Shown: positions 7,664 through 16,134 of the stretch, in pieces
Layout: each line of letters starts with the position of its first letter
How positions within the stretch are numbered: the first letter of the stretch is position 1
Source: an uncultured Clostridia bacterium
GTDB lineage: Bacteria > Bacillota > Clostridia > Christensenellales > CAG-917
Length of the DNA stretch: 64,000 nt
Direction: 5' to 3'
Assembly: GCA_934254715.1 (NCBI GenBank)
Contig: CAKQLT010000001.1
Span: forward strand, 4,095 to 68,094
Made by a program: the position numbers and the translations under genes
Notes under the pieces: generated by a model
The model's input: only the letters and a program-made list of their open reading frames with translations
The model's database searches: none
Told to the model about the DNA's origin: nothing

Positions 7664-8842
7664 ATGAAAAAACTTGTAGCATTCATACTTTGTATGGCAC
7701 TCGTTATCACTTGCGTCGCTTGCTTCGCGGCTTGCAACCCGACCGATGGCGGTTCCGAAGTATCTTACAACAAGAACTGGAAGGTTGCTATGGTAACGGA
7801 CTACGGTGACATCACCGACCAATCATTCAACCAAACGACGTACGAGGCATGCAAATGGTATTGTGAAGAATTCAACATTGAATTCCAATACTACAAACCG
7901 ACCGGTGACAGCACGGCAGAACGTGTTGCATCCGTCAACCAAGCAGTCGCAGCAGGTTACAATGTTATCGTTATGCCCGGTTATGCGTTTGCTGGTACGA
8001 TTGTCGAAGTTGCTTCCAAAAACCCCACTGTGAAATTCATCGCAATGGACGTTGCACAAGGTGATTTGTTCGAGGCATACTATGGCAAAGAATATGACTA
8101 CAACCCCAGCAACCCCAAATGGACGTACGAACTTCCTTCTAACGTTGCTTGCTTCGTTTATCAAGAAGAAATCGCAGGTTACTTTGCAGGTTATGCTGCA
8201 GTCAAAGAAGGATTCAGAAAACTCGGCTTCCTCGGCGGTATGGCAGTTCCCGCAGTTCAACGTTACGGCTACGGCTTCGTACAAGGTGCAAATGCTGCAG
8301 CAGTCGAATTGAATGTTGCAAAAGACGTTGAAATCAAATACGGTTATGGCAACCAATTCTACGGTGACGCAGACATTACGGCAAAGATGGATACTTGGTA
8401 CGGCGCAGGCACCGAAGTTGTGTTCGCATGCGGCGGCGGCATCTATTCCTCTGCTTGCGAAGCGGCAAAGAAAGTCGATAAGTTTGTTATCGGCGTTGAC
8501 GTTGACCAAAGCGCAATTATCAATGCATATAGATCTGATATGTGTGTTACTTCTGCAATGAAAGGTCTCGCTGCGACAACCAAGACGGCTTTGGCAAACT
8601 TGATGGTCGGCAACTGGTCACTCTATTCCGGAAAAGTCCAAAAACTCGGTCTCATCGGCACGGACGTTGAAGCAAACTATGTGCAACTTCCGACTGCAAC
8701 TTGGACGATGAAGAATTTCACTGTTGAAGAATACAAAGCACTCGAAGCAAAGATCTTCAACGGCGAAATCGTTGTCAGCGATAGCACAGATGCAATGCCC
8801 ACAACCGAAATCAAGGTTGACAATCAAGGAAACCTTAAATAA
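7664..8842 (+). CDS. BMP-family (PnrA/Med-like) ABC transporter substrate-binding lipoprotein
   Basis: Signal peptide with lipobox FAAC, an AAAGGAG ribosome-binding site, and BMP-type sequence (MVTDYGDITDQSFNQ, VIGVDVDQS). A matching ATPase and two permeases follow it. Confidence 0.85.
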   Translation: MKKLVAFILCMALVITCVACFAACNPTDGGSEVSYNKNWKVAMVTDYGDITDQSFNQTTYEACKWYCEEFNIEFQYYKPTGDSTAERVASVNQAVAAGYNVIVMPGYAFAGTIVEVASKNPTVKFIAMDVAQGDLFEAYYGKEYDYNPSNPKWTYELPSNVACFVYQEEIAGYFAGYAAVKEGFRKLGFLGGMAVPAVQRYGYGFVQGANAAAVELNVAKDVEIKYGYGNQFYGDADITAKMDTWYGAGTEVVFACGGGIYSSACEAAKKVDKFVIGVDVDQSAIINAYRSDMCVTSAMKGLAATTKTALANLMVGNWSLYSGKVQKLGLIGTDVEANYVQLPTATWTMKNFTVEEYKALEAKIFNGEIVVSDSTDAMPTTEIKVDNQGNLK

Positions 8843-8854
8843 GGAATGAAAGCA

Positions 8855-8886
8855 AAAAAAAAGAAGGCGCAAGCCTTCTTTTTTTA
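8855..8886 (+). terminator. intrinsic terminator after the binding-protein gene
   Basis: gaaggc-gcaa-gccttc followed by ttttttt. Confidence 0.7.
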
Positions 8887-8937
8887 TGCCTTTTTTGAAA
8901 AAATGTTTATAAGAACAAAAAAGATTTTTTATCGCTC

Positions 8938-8966
8938 TTGATATTGATAAATATATATAGTATAAT
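8938..8966 (+). promoter_or_regulatory. candidate promoter of the ABC ATPase/permease genes
   Basis: TTGATA, a 17-nt spacer, then TATAAT. Confidence 0.5.
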
Positions 8967-9070
8967 TTTTCTATACATTTTATAAAAGAATAGCCCGAAC
9001 AAACAAGACTTTTGATTTTGACTTTTTTGAAACAGCGTTCGAGAGGGGAATTCTTTGTAAGAAGGAAAGT

Positions 9071-11035
9071 ATGGCAAAACGAAAAAACGACACCGAAAAC
9101 ACGTCAGTCATTCAGAATGATGCGATAACCGAAGTGGAAGTTGCAAGTCCCGCAAGCGAGCAAGCAAACGACGTTTCGGAAACCATACAAACTGAATTTG
9201 CGGACAATTCGAGCGCGCAAAACGATTATGTCATCGAAATGCGCCACATCACGAAAGAATTTCCGGGCATCATTGCAAACGACGACATCACATTGCAACT
9301 CAAACGCGGCGAAATCCACGCGCTTTTGGGTGAAAACGGCGCGGGCAAATCTACGCTTATGTCCGTTCTTTTCGGATTGTATCAACCCGAAAAGGGCGAG
9401 ATTTTGAAGGACGGAAAAGTCGCCAAAATCAACAGCCCGAACGACGCAACCGCTCTGGGCATAGGAATGGTGCACCAACACTTCAAACTCGTCGAGGTGT
9501 TCAGCGTCCTCGACAACATCATTTTGGGCGCAGAACCGAACAAGGCGGGATTTCTCACAAAGAAAGAAGCGCGCAAGAAAGTTGTGGATTTGAGCGAGAA
9601 GTACGGGCTCAAAATCGACCCCGACGCAATCATCGAGGACATCACCGTCGGTATGCAACAGCGCACCGAAATTTTGAAAATGCTTTACCGCGACAACGAG
9701 ATTCTCATTTTCGACGAACCGACCGCGGTTTTGACCCCTCAGGAAATAGACGAACTTATGCAGATTATGCGCAATCTCGCCGCCGAGGGAAAATCCATTC
9801 TTTTCATCACTCACAAACTCAACGAAATTATGGCGGTTGCCGACCGTTGCACCGTTTTGCGCAAAGGTAAATATATCGGCACGGTGAACGTTGCGGACAC
9901 CACCAAAGAAGAACTTTCCAAGATGATGGTCGGCCGCGACGTCAAATTTGCCGTAGACAAGGACGAAGCAAATCCGCAAGACGAGATTCTCAAAGTCGAA
10001 AATCTTTGCGTAGAAAGCAAAATCCACAAAAAACTTGCGGTCAAAGACGTTTCTTTCACCGTACGCGCGGGCGAAATCGTTTGTATCGCGGGTATCGACG
10101 GAAACGGACAAACCGAACTCGTATACGGACTTACGGGGCTTGAAAAACTCGCGCCCAACGTCGAAGAAACGGTGGAAAGAAAAATCGACGTTCCCGTTTG
10201 GACGAAACTCAAAGACGTTGAAAAACCCGAAAGAGCAAAACTCTTTTTCAAGCAAGTCGGCGAATTTATCAAATACTTCTTCGTTAAACTCGGTTTCAAG
10301 ATTTGGGACGGACTGAAAAAGTTTGGCGAGGGCGTTGCGTCGAAATGCGTTGCGCTTTGGAACAAACTCGTCTTCGTATTCGACAAGAAAAAGAGAGAGA
10401 GTATCGACGTAAACGCGGACGTCAAGGGCAGAGTGTATCTTATGGGACAAGACATAACGAAGGCTTCCATAAGAAAGCGCAGCAAAACGGGTATGAGCCA
10501 CATTCCCGAAGACAGACACAAACACGGTCTCGTGCTCGATTATTCGCTCGAACAAAACATCGTGCTTCAACGTTACTGGGAAAAGGACTTCCAAACGGCG
10601 GGATTCATCAAAAAGAAAGCCGTGCGCAAGTACTCGGACGAACTTATCGAACAGTACGACGTAAGAAGCGGTCAAGGCTCTATCACCAAAGCGCGCAGTA
10701 TGTCGGGCGGAAATCAACAAAAGGCAATCGTCGCAAGAGAACTCGACAGACCGCACAAATTGCTTATCGCCGTTCAGCCTACCAGAGGTTTGGACGTAGG
10801 CGCAATCGAGTATATCCATTCGCAAATCGTCAAAGACAGAGATAACGGCGCGGGCGTGCTTCTCGTTTCGTTGGAACTCGACGAAGTTATGAACCTCAGC
10901 GACAGAATTTTGGTTATGTACGAGGGCGAAATAGTCGGCGAACTCGACCCCAAGAAGACAACCGTGCAAGAACTCGGCTTGTATATGGCGGGTGCAAAGC
11001 GTGACGCAAAGGAGAAGAACGATGAAGAAAATTGA
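9071..11035 (+). CDS. two-domain ABC transporter ATP-binding protein (nucleoside/sugar CUT2 type) with N-terminal extension and an internal insertion
   Basis: Walker A GENGAGKST, the second P-loop GIDGNGQTE, the signature MSGGNQQK and Walker B LLIAVQPTRGLD. At 654 aa it is longer than the roughly 510 aa I expect for this class. Confidence 0.9.
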   Translation: MAKRKNDTENTSVIQNDAITEVEVASPASEQANDVSETIQTEFADNSSAQNDYVIEMRHITKEFPGIIANDDITLQLKRGEIHALLGENGAGKSTLMSVLFGLYQPEKGEILKDGKVAKINSPNDATALGIGMVHQHFKLVEVFSVLDNIILGAEPNKAGFLTKKEARKKVVDLSEKYGLKIDPDAIIEDITVGMQQRTEILKMLYRDNEILIFDEPTAVLTPQEIDELMQIMRNLAAEGKSILFITHKLNEIMAVADRCTVLRKGKYIGTVNVADTTKEELSKMMVGRDVKFAVDKDEANPQDEILKVENLCVESKIHKKLAVKDVSFTVRAGEIVCIAGIDGNGQTELVYGLTGLEKLAPNVEETVERKIDVPVWTKLKDVEKPERAKLFFKQVGEFIKYFFVKLGFKIWDGLKKFGEGVASKCVALWNKLVFVFDKKKRESIDVNADVKGRVYLMGQDITKASIRKRSKTGMSHIPEDRHKHGLVLDYSLEQNIVLQRYWEKDFQTAGFIKKKAVRKYSDELIEQYDVRSGQGSITKARSMSGGNQQKAIVARELDRPHKLLIAVQPTRGLDVGAIEYIHSQIVKDRDNGAGVLLVSLELDEVMNLSDRILVMYEGEIVGELDPKKTTVQELGLYMAGAKRDAKEKNDEEN

Positions 11036-12398
11036 TTCCGCAAAAGTGAAAGACTGGTTCAAAGGCTTGTTTGTTTCTACCCCCGACAGCGAAGCGAAAC
11101 TTTTGACCGTCGCAAAAAAGGACGGCACGCAAACGGTCATCTCGTCGATTCTTTGCGCATTGCTCGGCATATTTATAGGTTATATTGTCTTGCTTTGCAT
11201 AAATCCTCAACATGCTGGCGAGGCAATAAGCACTATATTGAAAAATTTCGGCTATTATAAGGATAAGTCTCTCGCACTTGAAAATTTTGGTTCTACAATA
11301 GTAAAGTCTGTTCCGCTTATTATGTGCGGACTCTCGGTTATGTTCGCGTATAAGGCGGGCCTTTTCAACATCGGTGTCGGCGGACAATACTGCATCGGTA
11401 TTTGTGTTTCGTTGTATTCTGCGCTTGCATGGCAATTGCCTTGGTATTTGTGCATAATTCTCGCAGGTTTGGCGGCGGCACTATGGGGCGCAATTTGTGG
11501 AATGCTAAAAGCATTTTTTAACGTTAACGAAGTTATCGCTTGCATTATGACAAACTGGATAGGGTTGTATATAACCAACATTGTGCTTAATCTGCCCGGT
11601 GCAAAGAATCCTAATTTAGGCGAAACAAAAGGACTTTTAGAGTTTGCGCCTAATTCGGTAATTCCTGACATCGGACTTCGTAATTTGTTTAACGGAAACA
11701 AGTATATTACGATTGCAATTCCGCTTTGTATTATTATTGCGATAGTTGTTTTGATAGTTCTCAACAAAACGACGTTTGGATATGAGTTAAAAGCAACAGG
11801 GCACAACAAATTCGCCGCAAAATATGCCGGTATGAAAGACAAGCGCAACATCATCGTCACTATGGCGATTTCGGGGGCGTTGGCAGGTCTCGGCGCAGCA
11901 TTCTTCTATTTGACAGGTTTTGAAGTTTATAAGACAACTGCGACATCTGTTCCGGCAATGGGATTCAACGGGATTGCGGTTGCGTTCCTCGGTGGTTTGA
12001 ATCCTATCGGCGTTGTGTTTGCAGGATATTTCATTCAGCATATAACAATCGGTGGCGGATATATCGACACAAGGTATTACAATCCGGAAGTTGCCGATTT
12101 GATGATTTCATTGATTGTATATTTGTGCGCATTCGTTTTGTTCTTCAAGCAATTTTTAACCAAGAGATTGAACAAAATAAGCGAAAGACGAAATGCGAAA
12201 CAAGATAATGAAAACAATGATTCATCGATAGAGGATAATGTAACCGCACAAGATGTGGCACAAACAGATGATACGACGGTGGAAGAAAACGAAAAAACAC
12301 CGGAAGAAGAAATAATCGACGACGTAAACAAAGAAATCGAGGAAATAACCCCGTCAAACGTCGAAGAAAATACGCACAAGGGGGATGAAACGAAATGA
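11022..12398 (+). CDS. ABC transporter permease (BMP-system, first permease) with acidic C-terminal tail
   Basis: Polytopic membrane protein. The ATG at 11022 follows GGAGAAG and overlaps the ATPase stop. The last ~75 aa are rich in D, E, N and T. Confidence 0.85.
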   Translation: MKKIDSAKVKDWFKGLFVSTPDSEAKLLTVAKKDGTQTVISSILCALLGIFIGYIVLLCINPQHAGEAISTILKNFGYYKDKSLALENFGSTIVKSVPLIMCGLSVMFAYKAGLFNIGVGGQYCIGICVSLYSALAWQLPWYLCIILAGLAAALWGAICGMLKAFFNVNEVIACIMTNWIGLYITNIVLNLPGAKNPNLGETKGLLEFAPNSVIPDIGLRNLFNGNKYITIAIPLCIIIAIVVLIVLNKTTFGYELKATGHNKFAAKYAGMKDKRNIIVTMAISGALAGLGAAFFYLTGFEVYKTTATSVPAMGFNGIAVAFLGGLNPIGVVFAGYFIQHITIGGGYIDTRYYNPEVADLMISLIVYLCAFVLFFKQFLTKRLNKISERRNAKQDNENNDSSIEDNVTAQDVAQTDDTTVEENEKTPEEEIIDDVNKEIEEITPSNVEENTHKGDETK

Positions 12399-13339
12399 CG
12401 TTACTTGCTCAATACACATTGATTTATGCAGCGGTTCTCATTCTTGTCGCACTCGGCGGTATGTTCTCTGAACGTTCGGGCGTTATCAATATCGGCCTCG
12501 AAGGCATAATGGTTTTCGGTGCAATGGGTGGAACATTGACCATGGTTCTGCTTCCGGAAGGCACGGCGCCGGCACTAATTGTTATACTCACAATGTTGGT
12601 TGCTGTGGTAACAGGAATGATTTCTTCGCTATTGCTTGCAGTTGCATGTATAAACTTTAAGGCAGACCAGACCCTTGCTGGTACGGCACTCAATATGCTT
12701 GCGACAGCGGCTTCTATGGTTATTGTCAAATCTGTAAATAAGATTAGAAGCAAAGGTGCGGATTTCTCTGCCGTATTACGATATATAGACCAACACGAAG
12801 CTTTTATTTTCAAGATAGGCGAGATGGAATGCAGTTGGTTTGTTGTTATCGCGTTTATTTTGCTTATAGTTTCCGCTATTGTTCTTTACAAAACTAAATT
12901 CGGTCTTCGTTTACGTGCTTGCGGCGAACATCCGCAGGCGGCGGGAAGCGTCGGTATCAACGTTTACGCTATGCGTTATTCGGGCGTTATCATTTCGGGT
13001 GCGCTCGGCGGTCTCGGTGGCATCATCTATGTTGCGGCGGCAGTAAGCACATGGGATTTCAAATATGGCGTTGCAGGTATGGGATTCCTTGCTCTTGCAG
13101 TTATGATTTTCGGACAATGGAAGCCGATAAGAATCGCTCTTGCGGCATTGCTGTTTGGCGTGTTCAGAGCGTTGTCAAATGTTTATACCGGAATTGATTG
13201 GCTTGCGAATTTGCAAGTAAACAGTTATTTCTATATAATGCTTCCATACATCGTGTCGCTCATCGTTCTTGCGTTCACGTCGAAGAAGTCCAGAGCACCT
13301 AAAGCGGAAGGTATCCCGTACGACAAGGGTATGAGATAA
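12395..13339 (+). CDS. ABC transporter permease (BMP-system, second permease)
   Basis: An ATGA start/stop overlap with the upstream permease. It is a polytopic protein with GVINIGLEGIM and ISGALGGLGG motifs typical of this permease family. Confidence 0.9.
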   Translation: MTLLAQYTLIYAAVLILVALGGMFSERSGVINIGLEGIMVFGAMGGTLTMVLLPEGTAPALIVILTMLVAVVTGMISSLLLAVACINFKADQTLAGTALNMLATAASMVIVKSVNKIRSKGADFSAVLRYIDQHEAFIFKIGEMECSWFVVIAFILLIVSAIVLYKTKFGLRLRACGEHPQAAGSVGINVYAMRYSGVIISGALGGLGGIIYVAAAVSTWDFKYGVAGMGFLALAVMIFGQWKPIRIALAALLFGVFRALSNVYTGIDWLANLQVNSYFYIMLPYIVSLIVLAFTSKKSRAPKAEGIPYDKGMR

Positions 13340-13459
13340 CCCGAAGTTTTGCGAATGTGCAAGAAAACTGAACGCAAACGCAAAACGAAGGCAAAATACA
13401 ATCACATAAAAATATTCACAACGATAAAACAAATTCGATTTATCGTTCAAAGCAAGAAA

Positions 13460-13490
13460 AATCCCGTCGCAGTGCGACGGGATTCGTTTT
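13460..13490. terminator. bidirectional intrinsic terminator
   Basis: aatcccgtcgc-agt-gcgacgggatt flanked by an A-run and cgttttgtcttt, between convergent genes. Confidence 0.65.
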
Positions 13491-13555
13491 GTCTTTCGTA
13501 TATCGATAGTTTAACTTTCGTATATCTATTTGCTTTTTCTTTTGTGCAGAAGGGA

Positions 13556-14209
13556 TTATTTAACCAAATCGATGAGAGCAAGTGCGCGCTTTAATGCGAG
13601 TTTGCTGTTGACCTTGAATTGGAAGGGGACTTCTTCGTACACTTTTTTGTGACCGGTGGAAGTGTGGGGGGTGCGTCCGTCGTTAAATTCTTCCGCGTCG
13701 GGGTCGAGGGGAAGGTTTACGCGCAACGACGTGCCGATGATCGTGATCTTTGCCACGATGTCGCCTTCGCGTCTGTACGTATCGCATTGTTTGCTGATTC
13801 TGCTCTTGATCTTCGGCGTACCTTTTGCCGTCGTTGTGAGTGCTTCTTTGAGGATTGCGTAACGTTCTTTGATTATATCGTCCGCAAGCGCGTATTTCTC
13901 GGCAAAAGTGAGGCTCTTGCGCGCCGCTTTCTTCGCCATAACTTTGTCATAATCGAACTTTTTGCCCAAAGACGAGTGCAAATCCGTTACGTCTTCTTCG
14001 GGGATAGCGATTTGAACGGGGCGTTCACCTGCTTTTGCGGGCAGAATCTGAGGCTTGTTCATTTCCTCAAAAGCCGTTGCGCAAGGCATAGCGACGTTCT
14101 TGTCGCAGAAAGCGCAGTAATCGTATGCGCCACACATATCGCGGTGATTTGTTACGCTGTCATTCCATTTTTGCTCGTCAAGTTTTGCTTGCAATGCAAT
14201 CTTGTCCAT
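13556..14209 (-). CDS. hypothetical protein with N-terminal Cys cluster
   Basis: 217-aa ORF with native codon style. It carries a CGAYDYCAFCDKNVAMPC cluster, and I recognise no family. Confidence 0.6.
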   Translation of the reverse strand: MDKIALQAKLDEQKWNDSVTNHRDMCGAYDYCAFCDKNVAMPCATAFEEMNKPQILPAKAGERPVQIAIPEEDVTDLHSSLGKKFDYDKVMAKKAARKSLTFAEKYALADDIIKERYAILKEALTTTAKGTPKIKSRISKQCDTYRREGDIVAKITIIGTSLRVNLPLDPDAEEFNDGRTPHTSTGHKKVYEEVPFQFKVNSKLALKRALALIDLVK

Positions 14210-14334
14210 CGTGTCCTATGCTCCGTATATGTTATTATCGTTGAAATCTACAAAGCGGTCAAACCGCATTATCCAACCCAATTGACCATATTGTACACAA
14301 ATAAATCGCGTTTGGCAAACATTTTGGCATTCTA

Positions 14335-14383
14335 TTGCGATATTTTTTTATCGCAATCGCAGCGCTGTGCGATAATTATCGCA
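14335..14383. promoter_or_regulatory. two palindromes sharing the half-site TGCGATA (candidate operator pair)
   Basis: TTGCGATA-tttttt-TATCGCAA (14335-14356) and the perfect 16-mer TGCGATAATTATCGCA (14368-14383), upstream of the 13556-14209 gene. A related TGCGAT-aga-ATCGCA lies at 36271-36285. Confidence 0.4.
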
Positions 14384-14534
14384 AAATCGTGTTTCTATCC
14401 GTATCAAAAACGTGTTTTCCGCCTTCTAACCATATATAAAGAGGCGCATTTGTAAAAATTTGTAAATAAAGGTGAAAAGTAAGAGAGCAAAAATCGATTG
14501 CGAACGTTTACACGGATTTTGCCGCTCAAAAATA

Positions 14535-14560
14535 AAAGACCGCAAGATTATGCGGTCTTT
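14535..14560 (-). terminator. terminator after tRNA-Arg
   Basis: On the minus strand the sequence reads aaaagaccgca-taatct-tgcggtctttt followed by atttt. Confidence 0.65.
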
Positions 14561-14637
14561 TGGCGTCCGTGATTGGAATCGAACCAACGGCGTTTCGCTT
14601 AGGAGGCGAACCCTCTATCCTACTGAGGTACACGGAC
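14561..14637 (-). tRNA. tRNA-Arg (anticodon CCT)
   Basis: Manual cloverleaf: acceptor GTCCGTG/CACGGAC, D stem CCTC/GAGG, anticodon stem TTCGC/GCGAA with loop CTCCTAA, T arm GTTGG-TTCGATT-CCAAT, and an encoded CCA. Confidence 0.9.
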
Positions 14638-14872
14638 ATTTTTTCGTTGCTTTGCGCTTATATATAATATCAAATACAACTTGAAAAATCAAATATCTAT
14701 CGTGCTATTTTATCAAATCTTGCAGACGATGCGGTTTTATTCGATATTGCATATCGTCATCGCCGTAATACGATACGCCGAATATCAGTACGCATTGCAA
14801 GCGTCGTAAACACGTCGGCGGGATAGCGAACGGCGAAGCGACAAGGATTTTTCGATATATTTTTCAATCCGC

Positions 14873-14901
14873 TTGTCAAAATCGAAAATATGAGTTACAA
14901 T
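14873..14901 (+). promoter_or_regulatory. candidate promoter of tRNA-Pro
   Basis: TTGTCA, a 17-nt spacer, then TACAAT, about 70 nt upstream of the tRNA. Confidence 0.4.
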
Positions 14902-14970
14902 ACCTATGCTACAAAAGAGAACTGCTTAATAGGGCAATGAACGAGTAGCAAAAGAAACTTAATTTCTTAT

Positions 14971-15047
14971 CGGGGTATGGCGCAGTTTGGTAGCGCGCTT
15001 GACTGGGGGTCAAGAGGCCATGGGTTCAAGTCCCGTTACTCCGACCA
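14971..15047 (+). tRNA. tRNA-Pro (anticodon GGG)
   Basis: Manual cloverleaf: acceptor CGGGGTA/TACTCCG (one G-U pair), D stem GCGC/GCGC, anticodon stem CTTGA/TCAAG with loop CTGGGGG, T arm ATGGG-TTCAAGT-CCCGT, and an encoded CCA. Confidence 0.9.
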
Positions 15048-15054
15048 AAAAACT

Positions 15055-15085
15055 ATGCGAGTGCAAAATGCACTCGCATTTTTTA
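15055..15085 (+). terminator. terminator after tRNA-Pro
   Basis: atgcgagtgca-aaa-tgcactcgcat followed by tttttt. Confidence 0.75.
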
Positions 15086-15133
15086 TAAACAAAAGCAGAC
15101 TTTGCAACGCAAGAATGTCTGTTTTTGTTTATA

Positions 15134-15324
15134 AAACGGCACAATGCTTGTGCCGAGTTTTTTGCATTGGTATGAGCGACAGCGAAATACCACAAAACAT
15201 ACCGTTCAACTTGCGCTTGCGCAAACGTTGAAACGGATATAAAAACGAGCACGCGTTGCGTGCCGAAGTTTGTGCCGTGGAACGAGCGACAGCGAAGTAC
15301 CATAAACTAAACGGCACAATGCTT
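15134..15324 (+). repeat. interleaved short direct repeats downstream of tRNA-Pro
   Basis: aaacggcacaatgctt occurs at 15134 and 15309. gagcgacagcgaaRtacca occurs at 15174 and 15284. The first copy of the first repeat is also part of a hairpin plus T-run (cggcaca-atgct-tgtgccg agtttttt). Confidence 0.55.
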
Positions 15325-15416
15325 CAAGCAAATTGTAACTAAATAGGCATAATTGATTTTTTTCACTATAAATGCTATAATTTCAATATCTACTGTTTGT
15401 ATCGTGTTATGCGCTG

Positions 15417-15988
15417 ATGTCTTCAACATACGATATTCGGGGTGAAAAAGTGAATTATTATATGTTTCCAAATACAATGCTGATGGAAGATAATCCATTA
15501 AAGGTATCATATAGACCGCAATCTGTGTATGATACAATGTGGCGTATAAGCAATAATGATTCTATAACAATACCGTATCGGGTGGAAGGAATAAGAGCGG
15601 AAGACTCGGACTTATCGCAGTTGATTGCAGATGATAAACTGGCGCATTTGTGTTATCTAACACGAAATCAAAACGGATATATACGATTTAATGCTCTTGA
15701 TGAAATATTGAATTTTACCGATAAACAAAAATGGGTGTATCCGTACGTTCTAAAATTATGTGACGAATATGTCGTAGAATATTGGAAAGGATTTATTGTT
15801 CCTTAACAAAGATACTCACCCCGCAGTTTGTTGATGTTATTCGCTTAAATATGAGTAACATCAAAAAAGGATACGCGCGAATGGTAAGTTATTGGAACGC
15901 ATATTATAGAAAAGACATTCCTGACATAGAGAACTATGTCGGTTATAAAATATATAAGACGCTAATCGACGCCAAAACTCAACCATAA
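15417..15988 (+). pseudogene. AT-rich hypothetical gene split by a probable 1-nt frameshift
   Basis: ORF 15417-15806 ends at ...EYWKGFIVP*. The overlapping ORF in the next frame reads on as LTKILTPQFVDVIRLNMSNIKKGYARMVSYWNAYYRKD. Restoring one T in ccttaac near 15803 would fuse them into about 190 aa. Codon style differs from the flanking genes. Confidence 0.4.
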
Positions 15989-16134
15989 TACGGTTGGGTT
16001 TTTGATTATTTGCGGCAAATTGATTTTGTTGTATAAAAATTAATTATAAATCGGCAAAAGAGTGTTATATTGATTGTGATAATCTAATTGTTTTGTTAAA
16101 CGGTGCAAATACGATAAAGGCATAAGTTGGTAAT

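Noticed and set aside
14472-15303. ORFs 14472-14684, 14977-15231, 15010-15303 and 15129-15317
   Set aside because: They run across the two tRNA genes, their terminators and the short repeats, so they are not credible as coding sequence.
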